A DNA stretch of 64,000 nucleotides, taken from Octopus sinensis. Taxonomy: Eukaryota. The DNA lies in the NCBI RefSeq assembly GCF_006345805.1, contig NC_043019.1:6137360-6201359 (forward strand), read 5' to 3'. A program made the translations under genes and the position numbers. Below the pieces are notes generated by a model. It was not told where the DNA came from. It did no database searches and saw nothing but the letters and a program-made list of their open reading frames with translations. This document shows, one piece after another, positions 13,201-25,945 of the stretch (positions are counted from its first letter, which is position 1; every line of letters starts with the position of its first letter).

Positions 13201-14247
13201 AACTGCAAGATCAGAAACGACAATCAGCAGAGGTTGAGTTAACCAAGAGGGAAAAATTCATTGCCTTCAAACCACAAAATCTGCTGTTGAAGTCCTTTAT
13301 TAAGATATTCAAACGGTCGATAATTACGATGGCAGCATTATTCGTTATATCACATTTACTCAACCAGTAAAACTGACTGAAATTTCGTTTTTTAGCATAT
13401 TTCGAGAGCTATAAAGAATCCATTTTTTTTTACTTTCGCATCAGCAGCATCATGTTTGCACCTTGGAGTTGTTTATTCAAGTTTCCAAGTTTTTCAAAGA
13501 TGTTTGTCAGATAACTGACAAACGCTTTCCCATCGATTGTTGACAGTATTTTCATTTCACATTTGTCACATTAAGCTGATCAAATAATTCCATGAACCTT
13601 TTTAAGCTATTTCCACTTGATGGCCACCTTACTTCTGTATGAAGTAATAATCGAACATGTTCGGCAATTTGATTTACACATAACTGCTTAAAAAGACATT
13701 CCATTTTGGAATTTGCTTTAATGCTCGTGACACACTGACACACTTGAGCGCAGCTCGTAGAATCTCGTTAAGAGCATGGGACAGTTTCTTGGCAACTAAG
13801 TTTTCTCGGTCTATGACGCAATGGACAATCAACATGTTCGGATTTTCATCCTTCGTCATTTTTAAGCATCCCATTTTCTTGTACATCAAAGCAGGTGCAC
13901 CATCTACTGCATAAGACACTAAGTTTTCTTCTGGTATTTTATTTGCATCCAAATAATGTTAAAGTTTTGCTTTGGATATCCTTTGCAGTTGTGGCTGTTT
14001 CCAATGATTCACAAAACAACATCTCTTCCGGAAAAGCCTCATGCTTAATACATCTCCCATAAGTCAATAACAGGGCCCCATTGTCCCTAAATGTGGGTTC
14101 ATCCATTTGTAATGAGAATTTTCATGATTTTAATGTCGCAACAAGCTGGTTTTCAACATCTTGTCCCAATTCTGTTGGAGACAGTGTTATTACTGAGTGG
14201 TATGGCCCTGACATCTCTACCATCTTTTTGTTGTACAGTTTTTAAGA

Positions 14248-14648
14248 ATGTAGGAGTGGCTGTGTGGTAAGTAGCTTGCTTACCAACCACATGGTTCCGG
14301 GTTCAGTCCCACTGCGTGGCACCTTGGGTAAGTGTCTTCTACTATAGCCTCGGGCCGACCAAAGCCTTGTGAGTGGATTTGGTAGACGGAAACTGAAAGC
14401 CCGTCATATATATGTATATATTTGAGTGTGTGTATATGTTTGTGTGTCTGTGTTTGTCCCCCCAACATCGCTTGACAACCGATGCTGGTGTGTTTGCGTC
14501 CCCGTCACTTAGCGGTTCGGCAAAAGAGACCGATAGAATAAGTACTAGGGTTACAAAGAATAAGTCCTGGGGTCGATCTGCTCGACTAAAGGTGGTGCTC
14601 CAGCATGGCCACAGTCAAATGACTGAAACAAAAAGAGTAAAGAATAAA
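14248..14648 (+). mobile_element. SINE family A inside the transposase
   Basis: Near full-length copy interrupting the LIKPVL region. Confidence 0.9.
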
Positions 14649-15228
14649 GAACTGGTTTAATCAGTTGCTCTCCAATAGTGTGATTCTTTCCATGTTTTGC
14701 TATAAGCAGGGAGATTTCGTAGCTGGCTTCGAGGGTTCGAACGTGGGACTCGTTGTGCAGCAAATAATGATGTGAGTTTTGTTTGGTTTTCAAATTTTTC
14801 TTTCAGTGATTTGAAGTACTCCAAATCTGAATTAGAACTGTTAGGATGTCTTATCCTCAAGAACGCTTTTATCCTGCCTTCTTTGACTCATTGCTCATTT
14901 CCTGATGACACGATAAGCAGAACGGTTTACGCTCATCTCGCTCATCAGGAATAAACACAAACTTCAAAAACCCCACCGAATATTGACGAGTCTTCTTCTT
15001 GCTTTGTTGACTCATTTTAAAATGGGGCTGACACAAATCCAAGAAAACGATGAAGCAAAGGAGATGACGATTTTTGCACAATGTAGAAAGGAAAGCATCT
15101 GAAGCATCAATCAGCAATAGTGAGCGGAGTTGACTGCTGCTTTTATAAAACTCTTGACACTGGACAATAGATATTGAAACAGAGAAACAAATGCCTAAGA
15201 AATGCAGATACCTCACTCGGTATGTTGA

Positions 15229-15828
15229 GAAGCGGTGAGCTGGCAGAAACGTTAGCACGCCGGGCGAAATGCTTAGCGGTATTTCGTCTGCTGTTACGTT
15301 CTGAGTTCAAATTCCGCCAAGGTCGACTTTACTTTTCATCCTCTCGGGGTCGATTAAATAAGTATCAGTTACGCACTGGGGTCGATATAATCGACTTAAC
15401 CGCTTGTCTGTCCTTGTTTGTCCCCTCTGTGTTTAGCCCCTTGTGTTTAGTAAAGAAATAGGCATTTCGTCTGCCACTACGTTCTGAGTTCAAATGCCGC
15501 CGAGGTCAACTTTACCTTTCATCCTTTCGGGGTCGATGAACTAAGTACCAGTTACGCACTGGGGTCGATATAATCGACTTAATCCCTTTGTCTGTCCTTG
15601 TTTGTCCTCTCTGTGCTTAGCCCCTTGTGGGTAGTAAAGAAATAGGTATTTCGTCTGCTGCTACGTTCTGAGTTCAAATGCCGCCGAGGTCGACTTTACC
15701 TTTCATCCTTTCTGGGTCGATTAAATAAGTACCAGTTACGCACTGGGGTCGATATAATCGACTTAATCGGTTTGTCTGTCCTTGTTTGTCCTCTCTGTGT
15801 TTAGCCCCTTGTGGGTAGCAAAGAAATA
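15229..15828 (+). mobile_element. SINE family C tandem trimer
   Basis: One full unit plus two ~185-bp 5'-truncated units; single TSD ggtatgttga at 15219-15228 and 15829-15838. Confidence 0.85.
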
Positions 15829-16135
15829 GGTATGTTGATTGGTCGTAGCTACATCTGTTTAAGTATAAATATTGTATGACGATGTGTATTTTTTTTTATT
15901 TTAGTGTCCAAAGATAAGCTTCGTGTTGGCAAGTGTGTAGAAGATGGGAAAATGGAGCTTCATGAGACTTATATTCGGTGGGGGGGGATATAGTTAAAGT
16001 GAGGGACAGAGCTAAAATGAGGGATTGGTAAAACAGAGGAATATAGCTAAACTGGAAGATTTAGCGAATAAACGCGGGCGGGCGGCATATATTTTTGCAA
16101 TGCCAAAGTTCCCTAAAACTGGAATTTACATATAT

Positions 16136-16504
16136 TGTTGTGAATGGTCAGGGACACTTCTATGACCTACTTTTCTTAGGGAGGAGTCTGGAAGTCTGGA
16201 ATAAAAAATTATAGTCCTTTGTTTACGGAAGAGTGATGGCCTTTGGAGGGACCCCTACCCCCTTTTGCCGGTCAAGGAAGGGTCAAAGAAACTACCTTAT
16301 AAAAAGGAGCTGTGAATCTAAGTAGATCAGTTCCGGCCGGAGAGATTGAGAGGCAGTCGGTATTTGGAGTTCAGGGCAGGCGGTTGGCAAGTTGGATTTA
16401 GCGGTCAGTATTTGGAATTCAGGGAAAGCAGTCGGCGGTTTGGAGTATTGGGACAGAGAGAGAGATATACAGAGGAATAAGCCGGCTGATAGAGAGGAAC
16501 TACA
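16136..16504 (+). mobile_element. Solo LTR (369 bp), possibly Gypsy-type
   Basis: Ends TGTTGT...ACTACA; ATAT direct repeats at 16132-16135 and 16505-16508; TATAAAA at 16298. Confidence 0.65.
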
Positions 16505-16521
16505 ATATGAAGGTGTATGTA

Positions 16522-16584
<63 letters not shown>

Positions 16585-17303
16585 ACATACGACAGGCTTT
16601 TTCAGTTTCTGTCTACCAAATCCACTATATATGTATGTATGTGTGTGTGTATGGTTGTGTGTATGTGGTTGTCCCCCCAACATCGCTTGACAACCGATGC
16701 TGGTGTGTTTACGTCACCGTAACTTAGCGGTTCGGAAAAAGAGACCGATAGAATAAGTACTAGGCTTACAAAGACTAAATCCTGGGGTCGATTTGCTCGA
16801 CTAAAGGCGGTGCTACAGCATGGCCGCAGTCAAATGACTGAAACAAGTAAGATATATCTAAGAATTCACGTAATAGCAATTTACCCAAATTACTCTCTTT
16901 ACTCTTTTACTTGTTTCAGTCATTTGAGTGCGGCCATACTGGAGTACCGCCTTTAATCGAGCAACTCGACCCCGGGACTTATTCTTTGTAAACCCAGTAC
17001 TTATTCTATCGGTCTCTTTTGCCGAACCGCTAAGTTACGGGGACATAAACACACCAGCATCGGTTGTCAAGCAATACTAGGGGGACAAACACAGACACAC
17101 AAACATACACGCACACATATATATATATATACATATATACGACGGGCTTCTTTCAGTTTCCGTCTACCAAATCTATTCAAAAGGCTTTGGTCGGCCCGAG
17201 GCTATAGTAGAAGACACTTGCCCAAGGTGCTATGCAGTGGGACTGAACCCGGAACCATGTGGTTGGTAAACAAGCTACTTACCACACAGCCACTCCTGCG
17301 CCT
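16585..17303. mobile_element. Second copy of the tail-to-tail family A SINE pair, left head rearranged
   Basis: Same unique spacer gatatatctaagaattcacgtaatagcaat as at ~3679-3721. Confidence 0.85.
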
Positions 17304-17482
17304 ATGTATGTATATATATATATTGATATGCATATATATATAGATATATACATATATATACATTCATATATACATAATATATATATATTGTATGTAATAT
17401 ATTTATAAATATATATATATATATATATATATACCATAATAATATACATATTATGTATATATACATATACATATGTATATAG

Positions 17483-17519
<37 letters not shown>

Positions 17520-17614
17520 GTATATATACATATACATATGTATTATACTAATACACACACACACATCTATATTATATATTATATATATATTATATATATA
17601 ATACACAATATATA

Positions 17615-19540
17615 TATATATTTTATTATATAGAAGGAGCTTCTACAGGACTAGAACTGTTTCATTCAGCAAGAGAAATCTTCAGGAAGCTAGTTAACAA
17701 GAATTGTTGGCATTTATACATTTAGGCAGGTTTAAAGGGGTGTTGGTGGGGGACTTTTTGGGGGTAGGCATAGCGCAAAATATCATACTGGGGGAGTGGT
17801 CAGGAGTCAGTGTTAAATTAGATAGAAGAATAATAAAAAATAAAAAAATAAAAAAATAAAAAAATAAAAAAATAAAAAATCTATATATAAAAAAAAGGGG
17901 AATAGAGTTTTAGGAATAAGGAGATTCTCACTTATACCTATGCACACATGTATACATACATACACACACATACAAACATATATACATATACATACACACA
18001 TACATACACACAATATATACATATATATACACTTACACATACACATACATATACATATCTACACATACACACACATACTCACATTAACGCATACACACAC
18101 ATATCCACACACACACATGCACACACAGCACACTAGTACCCTATATACACATATATACACATACAACACATTACACACACATACATAATATAATACATGT
18201 ATATAATATATATACACACATATGTGTACTATGCATACCTACACATACACAACATATATACACATACAAATACAGACCCATCCCTAATTTTAATTTTATA
18301 TCTTCGTTTATTACTTTTGTTATCTTTGGCCGCTTGGTCACAAACATCTTGGCTATGGACAGCCAGTCCATTTATCTGTCTACTGGAAAACAAGCACTCA
18401 TTCACTCACGCACACTCTTTAGCACGTACACTCACTCATTCGTACACTCATACACATACACGCACGCACGCGTTATATTCATACTACATACATCTACATA
18501 CATTCACGTATATACACATAGTACGCGTACCTACAGATTCATGTCTACACTCTTAGAAGCTAGTCTATATATATACACCAATAAATATAAATACACACCC
18601 ATACATATACACCTACATACAAAACATACATGTTATATATATATTATATATCTATATATATTATATATATATATATATATAGATATATATATATATATAT
18701 ATATATTATATTCAATATATATACACACCATATATACATACATATATATACAGTGAATGAGTGCTGTTTCCAGTAGACAGATAAATGGAGGGCTGTCATA
18801 GCCAGATGTTTGTGACCAAGCGGCCAAAGATAACAAAAGTAATAAACGAAGATAATAAAATTAAAATTAGGGAATGGGTCTGTATTTGTATGTGTATATA
18901 TATGTGTGTATGTGTAGGTATGCATAGGTACACATATGTGTGTATATATATATATATACATGTATGTATATGTATGTATGTGTGTGTATATGTGTGTGTA
19001 TGTGTATATATGTGTATATAGGGACTAGTGTGCTGTGTGTGCATGTGTGTGTGTGGATATGTGTGTGTATGCGTGTATGTGAGTATGTGTGTGTATGTGT
19101 AGATATGTATATGTATGTGTATGTGTAAGTGTATATATATGTATATATATGTGTGTGTATGTATGTGTGTATGTATATGTATATATGTTTGTATGTGTGT
19201 GTATGTATGTATACATGTGTGCATAGGTATAAGTGAGAATCTCCTTATTTACCTAAAACTCTATTCCCCTTTTTTTTATATATAGATTTTTTATTTTTTA
19301 TTTTTTTATTTTTTTATTTTTTTATTGTTTATTATTCTTCTATCTATTTAACACTGACTCCTTGACCACTCCCCCAAGTATGATATTTTGCGCTATGCCT
19401 ACCCCCAAAAAGTCCCCCACCAACACCCTTTAAACCTGCCTAAATGTATAAATGCCAATACCAATTCGTGTTAACTAGCTTCCTGAAGATTTCTCTTGAA
19501 TGAAACAGTTCTAGTGTAGAAGCTCTTTCTATATAATAAA
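17615..19540. repeat. Inverted duplication with ~800-bp arms (~17615-18405, ~18750-19540)
   Basis: Arms are reverse complements differing mostly by small indels. Confidence 0.85.
17638..17691 (-). ncRNA. Type-I hammerhead ribozyme-like motif, canonical core
   Basis: agcttc-CTGAAGA-t ttc tcttgct gaa t-GAAA-cag ttctagtc ctg-TA-gaagct. Confidence 0.6.
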
Positions 19541-19611
19541 TTGAAATTACTCTGCTATGTATTGAGTACCTTATTTACTGTGGTTAACCCCGAATCACCC
19601 GCGAGACCTAC

Positions 19612-19619
<8 letters not shown>

Positions 19620-19643
<24 letters not shown>

Positions 19644-20160
19644 TGTGTGTGTGTGTCCATTATCCACACACGCATACGCACAAACACACTCAAAAGCTTG
19701 CTCGCTAAATCTTAGTTACAGAAACAAAGAATCATTTAAAAAGACTAAATAATTTTTCCCAAGACGCCATTTTCCGTTTACATAATTCTTCAATTGAAAA
19801 TGGAATCCTGTAAACTTCGAAGAGAATTGTTTAACGAGAAAAAAAAGAAAAGGATTATTCACACAGGGTATCGCTGATGAGAATAAATATAAGAAAAATT
19901 AGAAATTGTATGCGTAAACTGGACAAATACAAATGAAAAAAACAAATACAAAAAACACCAAAACCATATAGCTTTTTTTTGTGTTACTGTATTTATATAT
20001 TGTTTTTATGTTTGTTATTTAGTAGCTGTTGATACCAAATTTAGGATTGATTCTCAGTTAATGTATATCTTTCCATCTAAATATACTTGAATATCTGCAA
20101 GCTATTTGTTTATAATTATATGACCACATGGTTAACCATCCGCAAATATATGAAGGTTAT
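19620..20160 (-). repeat. Inverted copy of ~7836-8375
   Basis: Non-TE sequence near-identical in reverse complement. Confidence 0.85.
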
Positions 20161-20460
20161 ATCCACTGCGTGGCACCTTGGGCAAGTATCTTCTACTATA
20201 GCCTCAGGCCGACCAAAGCCTTGTGAGTGGATTTGGCAGACGGAAACTGAAAGAAGCCTGTTGTATATGTGTGTATGTATCTGTGTATCTGTGTTTGTCC
20301 TTCCACCATCACTCGACAACCGATGTTGGTGTGTTTATGTCCCCGTAACTTAGCGGTTCGGCAAAAGTAACCGATAGAATAAGTACTAGGCTTACAAAGA
20401 ATAAGTCCTGGGGTCGATTTGTTCGACTAAAGGCGGTGCTCCAGCATGGTCGCATTCAAA
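20161..20460 (+). mobile_element. SINE family A, direct copy of the 9231 copy
   Basis: Shared variants gtatcttc, ctcagg, ttggcagac, gtaacc. Confidence 0.85.
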
Positions 20461-20725
20461 GGTACGTGAATTGTGTATTGATATGTGAAGAAAAAGAAGG
20501 AAAAAGAATCGATGCAAAGAGACTGTTGAAAAGAAATGAGACAGTGAAAAGAGCGATGTATTGAAATGTGTAAAGACATTGTGTACAGAGTTGTTAAAAA
20601 GAATTTAATGAACAATGTGAACTGTTGTGAATTGAACATTGATTTGTAACGTGAACTTTTTGTCTCGAACATTGTATATGCCTTTAATGTGTTTGAAACA
20701 GAACTGTTGTCTCCGGACAGTTTAA

Positions 20726-20825
20726 NNNNNNNNNNNNNNNNNNNNNNNNNNNNNNNNNNNNNNNNNNNNNNNNNNNNNNNNNNNNNNNNNNNNNNNNNNN
20801 NNNNNNNNNNNNNNNNNNNNNNNNN
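20726..20825. other. Assembly gap (100 N)
   Basis: Run of n. Confidence 1.
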
Positions 20826-21078
20826 TATATATAATGGTGTGTGATGTGTGTGTGTGTGTTTGGTGTGTCTGTGTTGTCCCCCTAGCATTGCTTGACAAAC
20901 CGATGCTTGTGTGTTTACGTCCCCGTCACTTAGCGGTTCGGCAAAGAGACCGATAGAATAAGTACTGGGCTTACAAGAAATAAGTCCCGGGGTCGATATG
21001 CTCGACTAAGGCGGGTGCTCCAGGATGGCCGCAGTCAAATGACTGAAACAAGTAAAAGAGTAAAAGAGTAAAGAGAGT

Positions 21079-22797
21079 TGCCTGACACAAAATGGAACAT
21101 ACACCAGCAGCTGAGAACACATAGGGATGTCAGTCGTTTGGTCACACTGGATGGCAAAAACAAAAGAATCTCTTACTTGATCGAGAATTTGATCTTTGAT
21201 GTCTCGAGGCAAGTCATCGATCCTCCACTTGACTGTATCGTTTGATAGTGTGGTCTGGGAAAGCTTGTTTGCACTATCTTTCCCCAGAACGAGTTTTGCT
21301 GCACGAAGCAGACTTGGTTTTATGAAAGATTTCCCGATGTTATGGTTCTTCTTGCTCTTTGCAATCAACATGGCGGTCTCATACGAAGCCTCAAGAGCCA
21401 CTGAAGTTTGTTGCCGAAATGCCCTACCACCGTCCAACTTAGCTTGCTTCAAGGGATGTCTTTTGTTTCAAAGAATGCCTTGGGCTTATCTGCAAGAGAA
21501 GGATGTGTTGCCCTCAAGGCGTTCCAAGCGTGAGTGTCGCATTCCATCACTGCTTTGAGCTTTATAACATATCACACACTGGGGGACTTCTGTGTCACCT
21601 TTTTGAAGGGACACGAATCTAAATCGAATATATTTGTCAAGATACTTCCATTTCTTTGCACTCATTGCGAATTATTTGATGTGCAGTGGATAACACAAAT
21701 ATGAGAACAAAAGATAAGGCACGTGTAAGGTAATGTCAAGGCCCAAGTTCGAACGCTAGCCCAAGTTAGAATGCTTGGAGTAAAATGTTCTGAAAAAAAA
21801 TCTGGAATAAAAGATTAAAAGAAAAGTTATACAAAAATTTGTACAATAAAATATTGTATTTATTTGTACGAAATTATAAAAAATATTATTTTTAAAACGG
21901 TAAGATTTTAGCTTTTAGTTTTACTTAGTACATTTGTAATATTTAAATCTGAATTTCAGTTTAACATTTGGCTTTATATTATAATTTTTTTTTCTTACAA
22001 AAAAAATTACTATATTTTAGCATAAACATTTAACATTAAAAATTTTGGTTTTATCGTTAAAATTTTTTATTTTTCCAATCTGCGTTTTAATTTTTTTGAG
22101 ACTTTATTAAATTAGGCGATAATAGAACCTATTACATACATTTTGTTTTATTTCCTATTTTTAAATATATCATACTTCTCCTCTTGCTAAAATTTTAAAT
22201 GTTTTCAATTTTTTAAATTAAAACAAAATTTTAAATGTTTTCAATTTTTTTAATTAACTTAAGTTATTAAGTTAATTAAGTTAACATATTTAGTATGTTC
22301 TTATAATGATTTAATTATTTGTTTCAGCGTGTCTCTTGGTTTTTAAGAGTCACATTATTTCATATATATGAAAACCGTGGATCAAACTTGTTTATAATCT
22401 TTTAACCGAAAAAGATGTTTTGTCTTTACACGTTAATAATATCTAAGCTTTATACCAGTAGTTCAACCTGAGTCTTGTTGTAACTAAAAAAAAATTACAA
22501 TATAATGGCAAATGTTAAAGCTACAATTCAGAATTATTGAGGGTTTTGATGGATATGAAGTGGGGGTCAATAAGTACAAAAAATGGTAAGCGACACTAAG
22601 ATAGTAGAATAAGAAAACTAAAGGTATAAGGCGATACTTTTGCATTTTTTCATAATCTTCTCATTATTTGACCATGTTCTCATTAAGAGAATAACGAATG
22701 TATTTAGAGAAATTCCTGTTTTTCTCAAGGGCTCGCGCCTCCCTTAGAAATTACCGATGCCCCCTGGGTGGGGGCGCCTCCAGGTTAAGAACCACTG
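21079..22797 (-). mobile_element. Second hAT-Charlie element, 5' part; transposase relic 21079-21665
   Basis: Minus-strand TIR cagtggttcttaacc starting at 22797 beside gtttagat; PQCVIC, LEASYETAMLIAKSKKNHNIG, LSNDTVKWRI, FAIQCDQTTD. Confidence 0.85.
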
Positions 22798-23212
22798 GTT
22801 TAGATTATTTTACATAAGATCCTTTTTTCAGTGATGGAGGGGGACAGAATTTAGTGGCTTTGAACAACATTTTAGAATCATCTCTGCCGGTTGCATACGG
22901 TCGTAGAAAAGGAGGAAGTAGAACTCAATACAAGGTGTTGAGTTCATTTATCAGTTCGAAACCGAGAGTTAACTGTTTGCCACTTCAAAGATAATTTTCT
23001 AAAAATCATATTTTATGACAAGTCTCTAAGCAGCTATCATTAACTAAAATTACCCTGTGAAACAAATTTTTTATTTCTTTTGTCTTTGGTGAGTAAATGT
23101 TATTTCTTATTTACTTTTATCTAGAAATCAAAGGAAATCATTATTATTCCTTGCAAACTTTGTTTTTGTCATCTGAACATCAATGTTTTCAAACTGGCTT
23201 ATTTTCATTACA

Positions 23213-23342
23213 GCCAGTCGTTTCGTCACACTGGATGGCAAAAGCAGGAGAATCTCTTATTTGGTCGAAAATTTGATCTTTGGTGTCTTGAGACAAGTCG
23301 TCGATCTTCCTTTGACTCTATCGTTTGATAGTGAAGCATTGA
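23213..23342 (-). mobile_element. Short Charlie transposase fragment
   Basis: Similar to 21135-21260 (LSNDRVKGRSTT region). Confidence 0.7.
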
Positions 23343-23488
23343 GCTGTGAAGCAGAAATATCGTCATAACAAATATTCTGCTCAATTCCACAGATTTACTT
23401 GTCAGTTGCTTGCCCATAACTACATGAGCGTGTTCCTTAGTGTCAATCAATATGAGCATCTCTGATCATGAACAGTCGTGGGGGAACC

Positions 23489-23700
23489 TAGTAGAAGAGT
23501 CCAGTTTGTTGGACATTGTTGTAGAGCTGAAAACGAGGTAATTTCTACTCTTCTCCTCTGGAAGCCATCTGCTCGTGATACCAGAGGGCGCACACTCTCC
23601 TACCCTGATGTAATCTCCAGGGATACAGGCGATGGACCGTGAAGTCTGGCGTAACATAGTAAATTCCATTGTCTCGACCACGGTCGAACAATGATGATGA
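23489..23700 (+). mobile_element. RTE-like LINE 3' fragment with (TGA)n tail
   Basis: RRVQFVGHCCRAENEVISTLLLWKP...SYPDVISRDTG, then MDREVWRNIVNSIVSTTVEQ*; inserted in a fragment of the 34282-type repeat. Confidence 0.75.
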
Positions 23701-23921
23701 GTCGGGGAACATGATAGCTGTGCATTGAGGGGGATTCTTTGGGATTTGAATAAAAGTAACAAAAGCAAAATCTGAAGGAAATATTAGCCATTTTCATACT
23801 TTCTAAGGGTCAGCAAATAGGAAATAATATCAGTTGCTACCCAAGGATAAAAATCGTGTCACACAGTGTTATTTGTATTTACATGCTTTGAGTATATTTG
23901 CCTATTTTTCTATTTATTTAT

Positions 23922-24218
23922 TTATGCGCCCTTTTCAAGCCTAGCCAGGCTCATGGGCCCGGTTTCCCGGTTTCTATGGACTATGTTTTCCCCCCAGCTG
24001 CTCGGGACGCCAGTCCATCGCAGCGTTACTCAAGAAACAGGAAGAAAGAGTGAGAGAGAGTTGGGCGAAAGAGTACAACAGGGGTCGCCATCACCCCCCG
24101 CCGGAGCCTCGTGGAGCTTTAGGTGTTTTCGCTCAATAAACACAGAACGCCCGGTCTGTGAATCGAAACCGCGATCTTCGACCGCGAGTCTACTGCCCTA
24201 ACCACCATATGCGCCTCC
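23922..24218 (-). mobile_element. SINE family B, tail type 3
   Basis: Family B head with gatggactggcgtccc...gaaaccgggaaaccgg tail and (TAAA)n. Confidence 0.8.
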
Positions 24219-24347
24219 ACCATATTTTTCTATAGAAAGCTTTAAATTTTGTTCTGTCCTACAACCTAGGTTCCCCAGCCTACTGCCGTAGATCTCACTT
24301 TGCACTCAATATGTTTGAATGTGTGTGTATTATATATCTATATGCGG

Positions 24348-24672
24348 TAAGGAACGTGGCTTATTGATTAGAGTATCCAGCTAGTGATCATAAGGTCGTG
24401 AGATCGATTTCCGGCAGCACTATGTGTCCTTAATCAGGACACTTTCCTTTTCATTGTTCTAGTTCAATCAGTTGGCAAAAGTGAGTAGTACTTGTATTTC
24501 AAAGGGCCAGCCTTGTTACACCTTGTGTCACGCTGAATCTCTTTGAGAACTACTTCAAGGGCACCTATGTCTGTGGGGATCTCAGCCACTAGCATGTTAA
24601 TTTCCCGTGCAGACTGTTCCGTTGATTCGATCAAATGAAACACTTTGTCGTAACTGGTGGAACGCCAGTCTT
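24348..24672 (+). mobile_element. SINE family D
   Basis: Similar to 2723-3010. Confidence 0.6.
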
Positions 24673-24821
24673 TTTTAAATGCATGCACACACACGTGTGT
24701 GTATGTGAGCCTGTGTGTGTTTGTGTCTGTATATGTGTGTGTGTCTTTATGTGTGTTTCTGTGTGTCTGTATATGTATATATGTGTGTGTATGTGTGTGT
24801 GTGTCTGTGTCTTTGTGTGTC

Positions 24822-24871
<50 letters not shown>

Positions 24872-24975
24872 TTTATATCTATGCATGTAATCAACTGCGG
24901 ACACATCCGCACATAGCAATTAGTGCGCCCATCCGCAAATGTATATATACACGTTGGAAGGTACCAACCAACTTG

Positions 24976-25440
24976 TTAGGTTGTCCGGAAAGTTCTGAGC
25001 GTTTTTAGGCTAAATCTTTTAATGCTTCATTGAACACACCTGAAACGTAACACAGTTAAAACTTTGCCGTTGCTTGAAGTGGTTGTGCATCTCTTCTTTG
25101 TCCCCGACTAAAACTAGATTTATCTTTCATTCCAGTTACCCTTTGGGGACATTTGAAATGCATAGCCAAAAATTTCATATTCACATTGTAATGCTTTTCT
25201 GTTTTTTTTTTTTAAAAAAACGAAATGCTGCAAAGACTTGCAAATACATTCGTGAAGTTCATGGTGAGGATGATGCTGCAGGTGAATCAACTGTTCAAAG
25301 GAGGTTTGCAAAATTTAAAGTTGGTGAGTTTTGCTTGGAAAATGACATAGCAGAATTGGATGAAGATGTTTTGAAGGCAAAAATTGAAGAAAACTCAAAT
25401 ATCACGATTTGAGAACTTGCAGAGGAATTGGCCAACCTAA
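24976..25440 (+). mobile_element. Internally deleted mariner element
   Basis: Left end ttaggttgtccgg, right end ggccaacctaa followed by TA; N-terminal HTH relic NAAKTCKYIREVHGEDDAAGESTVQRRFAKFKVG. Confidence 0.8.
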
Positions 25441-25582
25441 TACTTGGAATTCTATTTTATTCTGCTCACTAGCATGTACAGTATATTTCTTATACAAAGC
25501 GTTTTTTATTCAAATATTCTTTAAGCATGGCTCTAACCACTGAGCCATGCCCTTAACTACACACATACACCACACACACACA

Positions 25583-25620
<38 letters not shown>

Positions 25621-25638
25621 ACAACACACACATATATA

Positions 25639-25683
<45 letters not shown>

Positions 25684-25757
25684 AAAGTAAGATATGGTAA
25701 TATCTGTAGTTGATGATTGAAATGAATTTGTTCCTCCATTTCTTATATATATAGTAT

Positions 25758-25855
<98 letters not shown>

Positions 25856-25914
25856 TATATATTATATATATATATATTATATATATAATATTATATATAT
25901 ATATTATATAGATA

Positions 25915-25945
<31 letters not shown>

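Larger units (their letters stand above)
12493..15015 (-). pseudogene. Fragmented hAT transposase (ZBED5/Buster-like)
   Basis: BED-like N-terminus KPFCLSC; LEASYEISLLIAKHGKNHTIGEQLIKP; DGAPALM...HCVIDRENL; LLHTEVRW; hATC motif FPSSYLVECGFSAV; frameshifts and stops. Confidence 0.9.
12039..15180 (-). mobile_element. hAT-Charlie/Buster DNA transposon relic with nested SINEs
   Basis: TIR cagtgtttcccaacc at 12039 preceded by atctagaa (nTCTAGAn target); other end not found. Confidence 0.85.

Noticed and set aside
13135-13205. GAAAC...TC on the minus strand of the SINE tail
   Set aside because: The core reads CTGTTGA and stem I does not pair
20460-20725. Partly open reading frames before the gap
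   Set aside because: Stops in the frames examined, no recognisable motif, and sequence next to a gap is unreliable
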